DNA of 64,000 nucleotides from Balamuthia mandrillaris (Eukaryota): contig JAVKOQ020000039.1 of the NCBI GenBank assembly GCA_031835245.2, forward strand, positions 186,001 to 250,000. Direction: 5' to 3'. Positions 30,345 to 45,840 of the stretch are shown here, piece by piece. Below the pieces are notes generated by a model that did not search any database, had not been told where the DNA came from, and worked only from the letters and a program-made list of their open reading frames with translations. Each line of letters opens with the position of its first letter. The stretch's first letter is position 1. The translations under genes were made by a program, and so were the position numbers.

Positions 30345-31163
30345 CTAAGGTATCTTTCCTCTGAACATTTGGTAGCGCTGCACATCTGCCAGCGTTGATA
30401 TCTCTTCCTTTGTTGCCTTTTGGGGGTTTGCATCACTATCCACTCTAGCGTTTTCCTTCTTATCCCCACTCTCAGCTACATCTTCATCAGCACACGCATG
30501 TACACTCACACCCTCTCTACCACTGCAAACTGCATTCCTGTCGCTACTGCCATCTCCATCACCATCAATAAGGCCACATGCCTGTGTAATTGCTTTGACC
30601 TCCTCTCCTGCAATGACATCACCTCTTTTTTTAGTAGTGCTGGCTGGGGGTTGCTGCTCCGCCTTTCTAGATTTGCTCGGAGCAGTCACCGTGGAGAATG
30701 CTCTAACACGCGTCACAGACGAAGGTTGGTTTGCAGTATCGATACCGCTGTTGTTGGGGCTGGCATCAGAGGAAAATGAGGTATTGCTAAAGGATAGGCG
30801 TCGTGCAGCCGCAGAAACGGAAGATGCTTTGCTGCGGGAGGGCACATTTTCCTCAAGAGAGAGGACGGCCTTATTCGGTGGAGCCACGCGAAGGCAAACA
30901 GCGAGAAGATGGACTCGAATGAGAGCCTTAGAGGCCACCAAAGTCAGCCACATAAGCAACAAGAGTAAGACACCGCCAAAGCCGCCTAATGGCAATACCT
31001 GGCTCAAGGCTCTTACCAACTTGTGGCAAATATTAGCAAATCTCACAGTAACAGGAAGAACCTACTTACCAGACATCCTAGTGGTAAGGGAATAAATCCT
31101 ACTCGGCGGGAGACAGCATAGTTATTATCAAGTGAACCCTATGTCAGAAGGGGGAGAGAGGGA

Positions 31164-31195
<32 letters not shown>

Positions 31196-33266
31196 ACAAA
31201 AAGAATATTTCAATGAAGTAAACGTTAAAGCCAACCCATTCTGCCAAGCAAAACAAGCTTACCTGTTTGATCTTAGAGGCCACAATGTCGGAGCAAAGGA
31301 TTGTGTAGAATTTAGAGTATAGTTTAGGGGAAAGGTGATTGAACTTGGTAACGAAACAATGTTTGATCCAGTCGACCAAAACCTCTGAAAGGGCTACTGT
31401 AAGCATTGTTTTCGCCATTTGTACGACCCATTCCACGGATATGTCCCAGTTGAGATCAGAGACATTGTGCATCATTATGACTTGCAGAAATATCGACAGT
31501 TGAAACCGTTCAACCATGTCTGTGGGAATGAGAGGCGATGGAAGAAAGTGAGTATGGTAGAGTAGCGTTTGGGCAAAGCTTAATAGAACAAGATACCACT
31601 GCATGATATTTGAAACAGATTTTCCTTTGCGAACCGCTTGAAGACCGAGCCCTTGAGCTCTACAAACTGATTGCTGACAAGTAGAGTTATCAAGGAGGTG
31701 GAATGAGAGTTAATGGCCACGTTCAGCGTTATCACCTGGAAGAATAGCACCAACGAATGAATGAGTGATAGAAAAAGTCACGGAATAATACGTGTGCCGA
31801 GCTTGTCTTGGGGGAAATGGGTTCAAAAAAGAGGATATTGACATAAAACAAAGCGGCTATGAAATGAAGAAACAAGACTATGCGGGGATGCGTTGTAGCT
31901 TGTGGGTCTTCGGTGGCTCTGGAAAAAAGAGCGTCAAAGATGTCCTGACCAAATGCACAGCACAACTTATCGAATATCTGGTTAAGAGGACTTTGTGAGT
32001 CTAGCCACGAGACAATGGGAGACAGGAGACGAGAGACAACACAGTGAAGAGAGAGCAGGGCCTACCTCCAACAGATTGTAAATAACGTAGAGTTTTATGA
32101 TGGCTTGCCCTCTTATATAATGATACACCACAGATACGTCCACCCGCTGTAAAACGAAACAACATACAAGAAAAATGGTCCCGCGCATCAGATCGTACTT
32201 TGCTGTTGGGTTCAGCCGTCTGCTCATTGCCGTAAAGAATTCTTATCAGAGCACGAGGTGGAAGAGAAAGAGAGAAGGAGAAGCAAGAAGAAAAAGAACA
32301 AGAAGCAAAAGAAGCAAGAAGAAGAAGAAGAAGAAGAGGCGTAAGAAGAAGAAGCAGAAGCAGAAGAGAAGCAGAAGCAGAAGCAGAAGCAGAAGCAGAA
32401 GCAGAAGCAGAAGCAGAAGCAGAAGCAGAAGCAGAAGCAGAAGCAGAAGCAGAAGCAGAAGCAGAAGCAGAAGCAGAAGCAGAAGCAGAAGCAGAAGCAG
32501 AAGCAGAAGCAGAAGAAGAAGAAGAAGAAGAAGAAGAAGAAGAAGAAGAAGAAGAAGAAGAAGAAGAAGAAGAAAGAAGAAGAAGAAGCAGAAGAAGAAG
32601 AAGAAGAAGAAGAAGAAGAAGAAGAAGAAGAAGAAGAAGAAGAAGAAGAAGAAGAAGAACAAGAAGAAGAGCACAAAGAAGTACCGTCTAGAGAAAAGGC
32701 GTGCAAAAAGTCGACAGAGAGCAAGGAAAAAACGGAGAGGTAAAAAAGTAAACAAAAACAAGAAAGAGTCGCAACAAACAAAGTAACCAAAGAGCAACAG
32801 CTATTAGCAGAAATGTGGTCAGCATCGTTCCAATGTCAAAGGATTGATAAGAAGAGCGAACCTGCTCCAGCTGCAGTGGAACATTAAAGAAGTTGTAAAT
32901 CTCCTTCAGCTTCTTCTGTTGGGACAAGCCGGCGGGAGGATAATCCCCCGCTATTTCCTCGGACAAGTAATCAAGAATGGCATGCGTAAGCCGTGGACGG
33001 CGCTTGCCTCCAACCGTTGTGTTGTTGCGGTGCTGTTGAGTGCTAAACGAGGCGGAAGAAGAAGAAGAAGAAGAAGAAGAAGAAGAAGAAGAAGAAGAAG
33101 AAGAAGAAGAAGAAGAACAACAAGAAAACAGAGTTCTTCCTTCCTTTCGTCTAGCAGTGCTGCCAGCATTGCTGTTCCGTAACGGTGACTGATAAACAGA
33201 AGGAGGTCGCCAAGTGGCGCTGCTTTTTCTGCCCCCTGGCCCTTCCTCCTCCTCTCTGTCCGCCAT
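30345..33266 (-). CDS. TAPT1: TAPT1/Emp65/POD1 (DUF747) membrane protein, multi-exon
   Basis: YHYIRGQAIIKLYVIYNLLE, FGQDIFDAL, SNQFVELKGSVFKRF, DMVERFQL, SEVLVDWIKHCFVTKFN. Confidence 0.9.
32280..32670. repeat. Intronic (GCAGAA)n/(GAA)n microsatellite
   Basis: Directly visible, inside a TAPT1 intron. Confidence 0.9.
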
Positions 33267-33607
33267 CTTCGTTTGGGTTGGCCAACCGAAGCGTACTACG
33301 GACGTACCTCTCTCGCTTGTGGCGTGGTTTAAAAAGTTCCGATCGTTCGATCATAGATTACATGAGGGGTGTTAGGATAATTTCCCCGCCAAAATGCAGA
33401 GCAGCAGTTACGGCAGAACAAGGCGGTTGACGGCAGGAGGCAGCGGCGAGCAGGCAACCCCTTTCCAGTTGGTGGGATCTATCTAGCTGTCTATCTACTA
33501 CTATTCATCTACCCTGCCATCCGCCCATCTCTGGAAATAGCTGTCTTGTGGTAAGTGAGAGCGGTGGGCGCAATTTTTTCCGCCACGTTTTGGAAGACTT
33601 AGCTGCC

Positions 33608-35569
33608 ATGGCTCTTTGCGACCGACGGAGACGCAAGGACTCTCTGCTGGAAGACAGTGACGATGAGGGTGTGGCAGAGCAGTCCTCCAGTTTCTGTGAT
33701 TATGACGCGCCCCAATGGATTGACTTTTTTTGTTTAGAAGATATTCCATCTGAAGGGTTACCTATTTACTATCTCCTCTGGCAGTGCTTGACTGGCTAAC
33801 TAACGTTGGGCTTCATTTTTTCGACAGAGAGGAAGATCCCTGGTTTGAAACGTTACACGTGTATGCTCTCACTATCCGTGTCCTCGCTTTTATTCTTTCC
33901 TTTTTTCTAACGAACAACGAAAATACAAAGGGGTCACGAACCAACCAGCCAACAATTCCCACCCCTCACCTCCTCTTTATTTGGACAGAGAAAGAGGGAG
34001 AACACGGGCTCCAACGATTCGGCTGCATCAGAGGGCGACGATATTGTCGAACTGTCTGTGCTCACATCTTCTCTTTCATGGCGCAGCACGCAAGACAAGG
34101 ACGACAAGGTCACAACCCAAGCTAAAGACCTGAAACTCATCGAAGACCTTTATGATAATGTGTGGGAGACAAGTTACCACGTCTCTCAAAAGCTTCTCTC
34201 AGACTCCTCGCCATCTTCTGCCCCAACTTCAGCTTCGCCAGAAGCAACAAGCAGCAGCCCACACGCAACATGCTCAACACCGACTACCTCAGAACCAAGG
34301 TTCTATGCTCCCTCTCCAACCTCGTTGACCTCTTCTTCAATATCCTTGTTACCAAGCTTTTCCTCTCCTGCGGCACGTGCACCGCTTAGTCCGGCAGCCA
34401 TAGTGGCAATCACAACGGCAAACACAAGCGGGGGCCATCCCCTTCCCTCTCCATCAAGAAGCAAGCTCGGTGCAGCACAGCGGGTTCTGAGCCCTGGTTA
34501 TAATCCCTCAGCCAATGGGCGACACTATCATCCCCGCATTCTTCAGGATCGTTCTCCTCTTTCTCTCCGCACAGCCATTTTCGGTGCTCCTGCAACCAAC
34601 AGCAACAATGCTTCTCATGCTTTTGGCAAAGAGCCATCTGATGCAGGCCACCACAGAGGCAAGCCCTCTCGGGTTCGACGGTCAGCCATCGGTCTGCCTT
34701 CCTCCTTGGCTTTATTCGACCTTCCCCAACCCATCAAAAACCAACAACAGATGGCTGCAACAACAACAACCACAAATGGTGTTTGTGAGACACGCTTCAC
34801 TCCAACAAGTACTGACCGACGCCACAACGAAGACATTCCTCCACGTGACAGGCACAGCAATCAAAAAAACCATTCTAAACGCCAACATAGCTCCCGTCGT
34901 GTTTCATCCCAGGTCATTCCTTGTTCCGATGTAACAGCACAAAATGTCTTCGCCCCTTCTTCACATTCTTCCAAGCTTCCTGCTATTTTTAACCCTACCG
35001 CCACAAGTGGCCGGTCTGTACAAACCCACGCCAGTAAGCCTTCCAAAAAGATAACATCAGAGGTTCACATATGTAAAGCGCCTACCTCAAACTACCAACG
35101 TACCTCGTCCAGGATCAGCCACAAAACAAAGCTACCAACTTCCACCAAAACACACCAATCAGCCAAAATTGGCCGGTGTAATGCTAACGTGGCTGACGAA
35201 GATGACGAGGACAAAGAGCTGTGGGAAATAGTTGGTATGCAACACATCAAGTCTCTTTCTTTTGCGCTCTGGCTGAAACTATGCTCATAACATCATTGCA
35301 CTGCACACAGCACAACATAACAAGAAAGTTGTAAATGAATCAATGCAGTATCAGCCACGCCTCCATTCTTATCGTCAAGTGCGAGAGGTACGCCCATTTG
35401 CTGGTCCTTCTTGGTCTGCTTGCATTTATCTCACAATTTTTCTTGTGTGTGTGTGCAACTTCAGTGGGAGAAGAGAAGCGGCAAGCGGTGGTATGAACTA
35501 ACATGGGCTGAACGAGACGCTGCAACTGCGGAAATAACTGCCATGGCACAAAAGGAAGGCTCCGCTTGA
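33608..35569 (+). CDS. Disordered Ser/Thr-rich protein with TPX2-like N-terminal motif
   Basis: YDAPQWIDF...DPWF N-terminus; C-terminal exon WEKRSGKRWYELTWAER. Confidence 0.55.
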
Positions 35570-35678
35570 GTCTCTGCTATGGGATAGTGTATTAATGCTG
35601 TTCTGCCAAAGTTTTTAACAAAAAGCTTCTTCGTTTACTACATTACACATACATTTTGCAATGAGGGAACTTAACAAT

Positions 35679-38600
35679 CTATCCCTCGACACTCCCATCG
35701 ATGAGAGACAGCATGTAGGCGGGAGAAGAAGAGTAAGCGGAAGACATGCAGGATGCCACAAAAAAGTCAGTGAAGAGGGGAGAAAGAGCGTTGGAGAGAC
35801 CCCACGCTGCCTGTGCCAGAGGAGGAAGTGGAAAATCAGTCGATGTGGCTGTGGTAGGTTCTTGCCGCAGCAGCAGGGCTGAAACGTCAAGGCACATTAT
35901 GTGGAGGTAATGGTGGGCGGCCTTGCTGTGGAGCTGAATTTGGCTGACCAGCTCTGGATCAGGGCAGTGTTGGATGACAGCATTCTTGATAGCGGTAATG
36001 TGCGTGAGCAGCTGCAACATGCGTTGTATGTGCGTGTGCAAATTATGATGTTGAGAAGCTGGCGAATCTTGCTTGGATAGAAGATGTTGTACCTCCTGCA
36101 TGCTCTCTAGCAGGCCTTTTAGCTGCTCCACCATCAACTGCTCGAACTGCGTCATGCTGCTGTCCTCGAACAGGTCTGCCACCACTTCTTCCACCTGGAG
36201 GCATGCCGTTCTCATTAACTTGTCCTCATTCTCTGGAGTAAGAGTCACCATGGTATGGTCTGAGCTCAGCAGGTTTGTCAGCTGCAAAAGCTCCGCCGCA
36301 ATACCCCGCAACATATCTCTCAACTGAGCCTCGGTAGTCGTCGTTGCCGTATCAGATATGCCCTGTGTCTGCGCTGATCTTCTCTCGCGATGGGACATGT
36401 GAGTCCTGGCGTTCTGCAGCAGTTGGTTGAGTCTCTTGTGCACTTGTTCGCAGCTATCCAGCAACTTGTTCTGCACATCGGGGTTCACGATCTCTGCTGC
36501 CTTGATGCTCACCACTTGTGAGAGCTGTGGAGAACCAGGGTAAGGAGGGGAATGTAGAGTGTGCGGAACATGGTACGTACGTGCTCGATAGAGATAAGCG
36601 CAAAGCGAGCTTGCTCATCAAGTTTTTCATCAGATGCACCCAGCGCTATATGCAATATCTTGGCGATGTGTTGAGTGCAGGTTTGGATCAAAGGAATGAG
36701 GTCATCCATGGACGGAAGGCTGTTATAGTCGAGAATAGCAAAGAGACCGCTCAGCGCGTAGACCAGGGCGAAGGTAGCACCAGCAATGGAAGTGATTATA
36801 GGTGGTCCTTCCGTTGGGAGAGAAGAAGCATCCGTGGAGCCAAGTTGCTTAGCTGCCAAAATGAGGGTCTTGGCGTTCCGTTGCAACATTTGGGAATGAG
36901 CCAGAGTTTTAGCTTTAGCTTCTGGGTATATCTCCAGTCCTTGCTTCAGTTCCCCAAACAGCTGTTTAATACCAAAGGCCACACCTTTGAGGGAGGAGCT
37001 CAACCTCTCCACCTGGACAGAACTCAGCGTTGCGGAGGAGGAGGCATCTTGAGCGTTTTTCACGGCCACCGTAAACTCCATAAGCGCGGTAGCCAATGTT
37101 CTGACAATGTGACCTTGCCCCTTGTCTCCCGCTTTGCTGGCAGCATCACGAGCTTCCTCCTCCTTCAAACAACGACTCAACAAGTTTTTTGTTGATATTG
37201 TCGGTGAGAGGAGGAAGGAATATGTTCCACCAGGTTGCTGCGATAGAGAAGATGAGTTAGGCAGTGTTCCTACAGCCTCTGTAGCAACCGGGTCATCGTT
37301 AGGGGGGAGGCCTTCTTGTTGGAGGCGAGGAAGGAGAGATGTTGGGGGGGTGGCTGATGCCGCAGCTGGTTTGGGCGAGGTGGAGCTGATATCCGTTGCT
37401 TGGACACGCTCTCTGTTCTCTTTTTCTTGCGGAACGTAAACCTTCCAGACGGTCGTAGTAGGGGGAGGAGTGGAAGCGAGGGTAGCAGGGCCAGTGGTTG
37501 TGACAGAGGAAGTGGAAGAGCTAGCAGCAGAGGAGGCCTCCTTTACGACTATGGATCTAGGAGATGGCGATGGTTCAACCTGTTGGAAGATACCAGGTGG
37601 AGCTGACTGCCGCTTGTCTCTGTTGTCGCCCTCGCCAATGCGACCTGGCTGGGCGAAGCCCCTGGGTTGTTGCTCTGAGCTGGTTGCAAGGGAGGGGAAT
37701 GTGATGACCTGATTAGTGCCCCACGCCACGCCCACTGTCTTTCTCTTGGCTTCTGTTGAATGCTCACCGGGCTGTTTGGCTTTCGCAGGATAACCTGGTT
37801 TTTGTTTGTTTTTGATCACATCAAAACTCATTACATAAGTTCGAGAGAGTGTGTTGGAAGGCAGACGTATCTCACCCATTTTTTTCGCGTTAAACTGTTC
37901 CATCAGCTCCGCGGCGATGGAAGCTGCTTTTGTTTGTTCTGCTCTGGACGAAATAACATCAAACTGATGCCGGTCAAGGCAGGAGGTTGGCTCGCTCGGC
38001 CTTCCCTCAAAGATCTCAAGGTAGTAGCATATCATTCTCTCCACCACAACGTTAGCAGCTTGCATATCTTCCATCATGGTCATTGGGTTGGGATTCTCTA
38101 TGAACAGTAAATTAGGACCTAAAACGGTTGCAAGTGCAGCAGCCGTCATCTTGTTTTGTTGACTGTGGGCAAGGGTATCCATGCACAGTTTTAGCACTAA
38201 TTCCAAGATTGCGTAATTACAGTGCGGCAGTTGAGATATCAAACGTTTCGTCTCTTGTATAAATATGCTGGACTCGAGTTGTGGCCGTCCTGATCATTGT
38301 TTTCACCAGTTCGCAAGGTCAACAGCCCATTCTCCATTCAAAAAAATAATAGAGCAAAGAAATAGCATACGCCCAAGCTCTAAAAATGAATTGTAAAGAG
38401 CAAATGTCATGATTGGCTCTGGTAATTCCCGCAACCACCGCTTTATAAAGCCCGTCACACAGTTTACATCGTCCACTGTGTTAAAGTCCACGTGCTCACC
38501 TAGCAGTTGCAGCAGAGGGAGTAGCGTTTGTCATAGACTAAATAAGTCAAAACTGCAGCCAAACAAACAAACAAGAAAAAACGTGTAGGCAGTTGAAGTA

Positions 38601-40266
38601 GAGCAGTTCTAACCGCTGTCCGCCCGAGCTTTTAACCATTCAAGAGTCCTGATGTTACCAGATATCCTAAACACACCTTCCGTCTTTATGGCTGTGCGGC
38701 GGTCAGTATGAGAATATTTTTGCCTAGCGATGATAGCATACCGTTTACGTTGTGTAGATGGTCTATTGCTGCTTTGATAAGCGGTGGCACGCCGCCGTCT
38801 CTTTGCCATAAATCGTTTAATGGCACTCCAAAAAAATGTTTCTGGGTCTTCTTATCATGTCAACAAAAAAGGAGAGTTTTAAACCATTTGCAAAACCAGA
38901 CACATATGTGGACAAACCTTTTTGTAGCTGGCAAGTTCGCTCAGGTCAGAAAGATCAATTGCCCTCGCTATAACATTCTCTTGTTTAGTTTTTAAGTCCT
39001 CCCACTCTTGTTTGCCCTGTTTGTATGGCATGGTTTTGTTTTGGAGGAAAGCACGTTTGACTCGGCGTAACACAAACGAAGAAGACCAGAGGCGTAATAT
39101 AAACCTGGCTCACGGCCTCTCTCCATGAGGAGAACTGTTGTTTTAGAGCTGCCGTAAAGCTAGAACCCTTGCTGAAAAACGAGTCGTAGGCTTCCATGAG
39201 GTCGCACAGCTGCGGCAAGCAGCAACGCATTAGCGACCCGCGCGCAAAACGCAAAAATAATCATCTTTGAATGAAAACAGCGCACCCGTTGCAACAAAGT
39301 CCATTCCACTTTCTCATTGATGACCAGCAGTGCACAAAGCGTTTCTTTGCCCAAGAGCTCATACTCCTTCCTGCAATCGAACAACTCCTTCTCCGCCTCT
39401 GCAACACCCTTTTGGGCTCCTGTTTTCCTGGCCCTCTCTGTCGCGCTTTTATGCTTGGCCTGAGCTGCGTCATATCGTAACCGTGCTCTTTCGTGCTTCG
39501 CCTTCCACCCCTAGGTTATCACAACCATTGTTGTACGATCAGCGTGGAAAAGCAAAAGACTTTCAGTTTGCTTCTCTTCTTGTTTCTTAATTTCTTTTCT
39601 TTTCTTTTTTTTCATGATCCTTATTCTCCTCTCCGCGAGCGTGCGAGGAAAGAGAACGAACCATGGCTTCGTGGACTTCCGACCGCAAAAGAGTCTCCAT
39701 GCAGACAATGGTTTCTTTCATTTCCTGGTTCTGTGTTGGCAGAACAAGGGTTGGTTACAGATGTATTAAAAGTGGGATGGCCTGGGAGTCTTACCAAAGA
39801 GTTCTGTATGCCCTGCACGCTCGATTGAAGCTCCACCAACCTTTCTACTACCGTTCCTGAGAAAATCCATAGGCGGAGGCAGAGTTGGGAGAAGCAGAAA
39901 CGAACAAAGTAGTAAAAAGGAATAAAGGAAGGTACCAAGGGATGTTTTTCCGTAACCAGCATTGAGGACTTGAGCATACTCGAGCAGAGCAGAAGAGACC
40001 CCCCTGGAATCTTCCACGATGGTCTCGCTGTCTCTGTGATATTTTTCCAACCGTTTCACCACGTCCGACATGCCATGCTTGTTCTCGTGGTTTCTCTAAG
40101 GTTGTGATAAAAAGAGCTGTCAGGAGGCCCTATTGCCTATACTTTTGACAAAGGACGATGCAGCATGTACCAGTAACTGGTTTCGTAGGGCTTCCGGGTC
40201 CTCAGTGACTTCTGACTTGCCAAGCTTCTCTAGTGCCTTCTGCCTGGCCAACAAGATCCGCTTCAT
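35679..40266 (-). CDS. RhoGAP with N-terminal BAR-like and C-terminal helical-bundle regions, multi-exon
   Basis: TEGVFRISG (arginine finger), [27 protein letters not shown]-terminus [16 protein letters not shown] typical of BAR proteins. Confidence 0.8.
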
Positions 40267-40821
40267 GCCTGCTATCACCAAACGGCCAAGCAGTCTCAGG
40301 TCTCGTCCCTCTTCGCCAAGGAAGGGATAACCTCTTCTTGCAGCGACACCTCCCCGCAATATCTATTTGAGTCTCTTTGTCGCTCCGCTGAACCCTTGTA
40401 GGATTCAGAAAGGATGGGTAGCCAAACCTCCCTCCCTCCCTCCCCAATTCAACTTCAACAGAACAAGTGTTCCACAACAACCAACAAGGAGAGTTTTTAG
40501 GGCTGGGGAGGATAGGCGGGGCAAGGGGCACGAGCTCAGCCCTGTCTGGAAAGGTAATAAACTGGAGGTTGCCCTTTGAGGCAGCAGAAAGTGAGATTTC
40601 AAGGTTAGGGTTAGCGGCTGGGCATGGTTCTCCAGGGATCCGATGAAAAGCAAAGAAGAAGAAAAGGAAGAAAGAAGAAGGAAAGAAGAAGAAAAGGAAG
40701 CAGCTGCCACTTTTTGCCTCCTTGCTACGCAAACTTGGCTGGGTTCTTTATTCCGCTTCAAAGGGAGGCCACCTTTTAGTTACTGTTACCCTCACCTGTT
40801 TTTTTGAGTGCCTTCACGCCA

Positions 40822-41754
40822 ATGGACCTCATTCAGTTGCAGAACCTCTGCAAACGGGATCCAGACTCCTATCGCGATGAGTTTCTGTTACAGTACCGCC
40901 ACTACCAAACGGAAATGGAGATCTTCAAGCTGAAACCCTCCAAAGACCCAGAGGCTTTTGCTGCCCTCATCAACTACCTCAGTCAGGTTGCCGCCTGTTA
41001 TCCGCAACAATTGGCCGAGTTCCCCAACCAACTGATGGAGCTCCTCGAGAACAACTATTCCGTGCTGGACCCGGAACTGCGGAGAGCTCTGGTCAAGGCC
41101 CTCATCCTCATGCGCAACAAGGACTTGTTGCCACCGACAAGCTTGTTGCGCCTATTCTTCATGTTGTTCCGGTGCCATGACAAGGCCTTGCGCTCCCTTC
41201 TCTACACTCACATTGTTAGCGACATCAAGAACCTCAACCAGAAACAAAAGAACCACAAGGTGAATCGCACCCTCCAGAACTTCATGTACACCATGCTTGC
41301 CGATACCAATGAAGTTGCTGCCAAAAAGTCGGTCGATGTCATGATCGAACTGTACCGTAAACGGATTTGGTTGGTTGCCTTGTTTACCATCTCTCCTTCT
41401 GACCTAGCATTCCTCTTACTTCTGCTTCTTCTGCTTCTGCTTCTGCTTCTTCTGCTTCTTCTTCTTCTTCTTTTGACTTACGCTAAACAATTGCACCAAC
41501 AGGAACGACAGTAAAACGGTAAACGTGATCAGCGAGGCTGTCTTCTCTCCGAATGCCAAAATCAAGACCTGCGCCCTCAAATTCTTCTTGACGGTAGACG
41601 CACCCGATGACGAGGACGAGGAGGCTGCTACCAAGGAAACCCTGACGGAGAAAGAGGCTAGGGAAAAGTATAGCACTCGTGCTGGCAAAACCAAGAAGCG
41701 AAAACGCCGTCTTGAGAAAGCCCTCAAAAAGGTCAGGCCTCCATTCCTTACGTC

Positions 41755-41789
<35 letters not shown>

Positions 41790-42080
41790 TTTCTCTCTCT
41801 CATCAAGTACACTTCGTTTCAATATTTAGGCCAGAAAACAGACCAACGCAGAACGGGAGGTGCAACCTAATTTTCCTGCTCTTGAGTTGGTGAACAACCC
41901 ACAAGGCTACACCGAGAAACTGCTGGGTTGCCTCAAGCACTCCAACGATAAATTTGAAGTCAAAATAATGATGATGAACCTCATCTCTCGGCTTATGTCA
42001 TCTCATAAGCTCATGGTCCTCAACTTTTACTCTCATGTTTTGAAATATGTGAAGCCCCACCAAGAACGTATGCTCTAGTT

Positions 42081-42119
<39 letters not shown>

Positions 42120-43348
42120 ATCAATATTTCTATTGGAGGCTAACACAATACGTCTTCCTTAAGATATAACCTTGATTCTAGCTATCGCTGCTCAGTCCTG
42201 CCATGACTTGATCCCACCAGACGCGCTGGAACCTCTCCTCAATACTCTTACCAACAACTTTGCAAGTGAGCACTGTGCACCTGAAGTGATAGCCATAGGG
42301 TTTGTTACCCTTTTTTTTCGTGTAGCTTCAATTCTTATGTCCTCTCTCTCTCCCCCCCCCCTCTCCCTCTCTCTCCTCTCTCTGTAGTATAAACACGATA
42401 CGAGAAATATGTGCACGACAGCCATGTGCAATGACAAAACAGATGCTGAGAGAATTGACCGTGTTCAAAAAGTCACATGATAAGGGAGTAATGATGGCAG
42501 CACGCTCTCTCATAACCCTGTATCGAAACGTGAATCCAATGTTGCTGCACAAAAAAGACCGGGTAACCTTCTTTCTTTGAACATTGTTAGTTATCTCATT
42601 AACATTGCGTCTATTGTGTCCGTAGGGCAAGTTTGCGGACCTCACTATTGTTCCTAAAGAATACGGAGAGCTCCGTCCCGTTCAAATGGAGCTTTTGGGA
42701 CAGAGTAATGATGGAGAAACAGAGCGTGCAAAGGGCACCAATGAAGAACCTATAAGCTGGTTCATTGATGAGAAAAAGGGAGGAGTGCCTATCTCTCTTG
42801 CGACAGGTGGGCAATCTTCTGGCGGAGAAGGCGAGGAAGAGGAAGAGGAAGACGAAGACGAAGACGAAGAAGAGGAAGGAGAAGAGGGGGAGGGGGAGGA
42901 GGAGGAAGAAGAAGAGGGAGCGAACGTAGCCTCAACAGAGGAAAATAGCGAACGGGCAAGCCACATCAACAGGAAGAGAAGAAAGGTACAGGAAGAAGAG
43001 AGTGAAGAGAGCGAAGAGGATGATGGCGGACCAGAAACTGGAATAGGAACGCTGGTGGACCCCGGTCGCATCGAAGGGTATCGAAAGCGGCAAAGGATGG
43101 CCAAGGAAGAGCGAATGGCGATGGTGCTAGAGGGCAGAGAGGGGCGAGAAAAGTTCGGCAGGCCCATCAAGACCGGCGCAGGCGGTACTACCAACAAGGA
43201 AAAGGAGAAGAACCAGCCTTTCATGATGGCTCGCCAGAAAAAAGCCATCCAGGACAAGCGCAAGCTCTCCGTCAGAGAGAAAGCCAGGAAGCGAAGAGGA
43301 AAGGGTAAAGGGCAGAGAAAGCAGTTTGGTGGCCGGAAGAGGAGATGA
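40822..43348 (+). CDS. SDA1: SDA1 60S ribosome biogenesis protein
   Basis: [43 protein letters not shown]. Confidence 0.95.
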
Positions 43349-43436
43349 ACTTTTGTTGTCACCCTGCTATTCTTTTCTAGAAACAGAATAGTGTGGTTGG
43401 TTGGACTTTTTTGTTTGGCTGTTATATGCACACCCT

Positions 43437-44679
<1,243 letters not shown>

Positions 44680-44908
44680 TGTGTACACAACTAACTGACT
44701 GATCCTCCTCCTCCTCCTCCTCCTCCTCCTCCTGGCTTCTAGTTGGGTGTCCAGGGGTGCCTCAGAGGGGTTTGGGGGTGTGCGTGTGTGTGTGTGTGTG
44801 TGGCAGGTGTTGGTGGTTGGTGCATGAGGGGGAATAGGCTCTTCGTGCAGCACGTGCCCTCCCTCCATGTCGTCTCGAAAAATAAAGCAGGCTTCGTTCA
44901 TTTGTGTA

Positions 44909-45797
44909 TTATAGAATAAGCCCGACGACGTCTTCGCCCTCAGGGCCGGCAATGGAAGGGCTTGGGCGCGGCCTCCGCCAACGAGCAAGCACGCCATTCA
45001 AACGGGAGGAGACAACGGGAGCCAGATTGACGAGAAGGAAACCAGCGACCACCAACAGCGACCCTCCCAGAAACATGAACGTGAACCGTGTGTCCTTCTT
45101 GAGCACAATGTCAGCGGCCATAGCGATGGGTATGGAAAGGCTAAGGCCTACGGTCCCCACCAGTGGGCTAGTCAGCAGTATGGCCCACAACCACAAGAAG
45201 TCGGAGAGTACTGTCCCTATCAAGCCGTTGGCCAACAGGTAGAGCCACACCTTCCACTCTGGCACGCTAAACTCTTCCACTCCGGTGTAGTGTAGCACTA
45301 TAATGACTGGCCATAGCATTACAAAGTTGAATGTACCCACCATCCCTGTTTTTGTTTTGTGTGGTTTTGTTTTCATTTCCAAGATATGTTTGTTATGGTG
45401 CAGAGAAGAAGGAAGCAGCAAAGGGTAGGTATATATACCAAAGAAACGACATGCGTTCAGTCTGGACTCGTCAGGAATCATCTTTTTGAGGAGGGTAGCA
45501 TAGAGGGCGTAGAACATAGCACTAAGCAGGCTGAGCAAGTCTCCCCATAAGCGGTCTTTCTGGTCGTCTTTAGCATCACTAAAGCTGACCATCGCCACTC
45601 CGCCCAAGCTGCATTGCACTTCATGGATGAGTGCAAAGCAAATGTACGATTGTAACGAGGAAAGGGATGACTAACGTAAGCAACACAGCCAGCAACTTGG
45701 GCAGGGAAAAGGTGTCCACTCTGAACATCACGCTAAGGATGAGAGTACCAAGACCTGTTACGTGAAGATTGCAGAACAATCATAAGAGAGGGAGAGA

Positions 45798-45840
<43 letters not shown>

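Noticed and set aside
36518..37195. 225-aa plus-strand ORF and similar antisense ORFs (29615-30220, 42682-43440, 46497-47165)
   Set aside because: Shadow frames of well-supported genes on the opposite strand.
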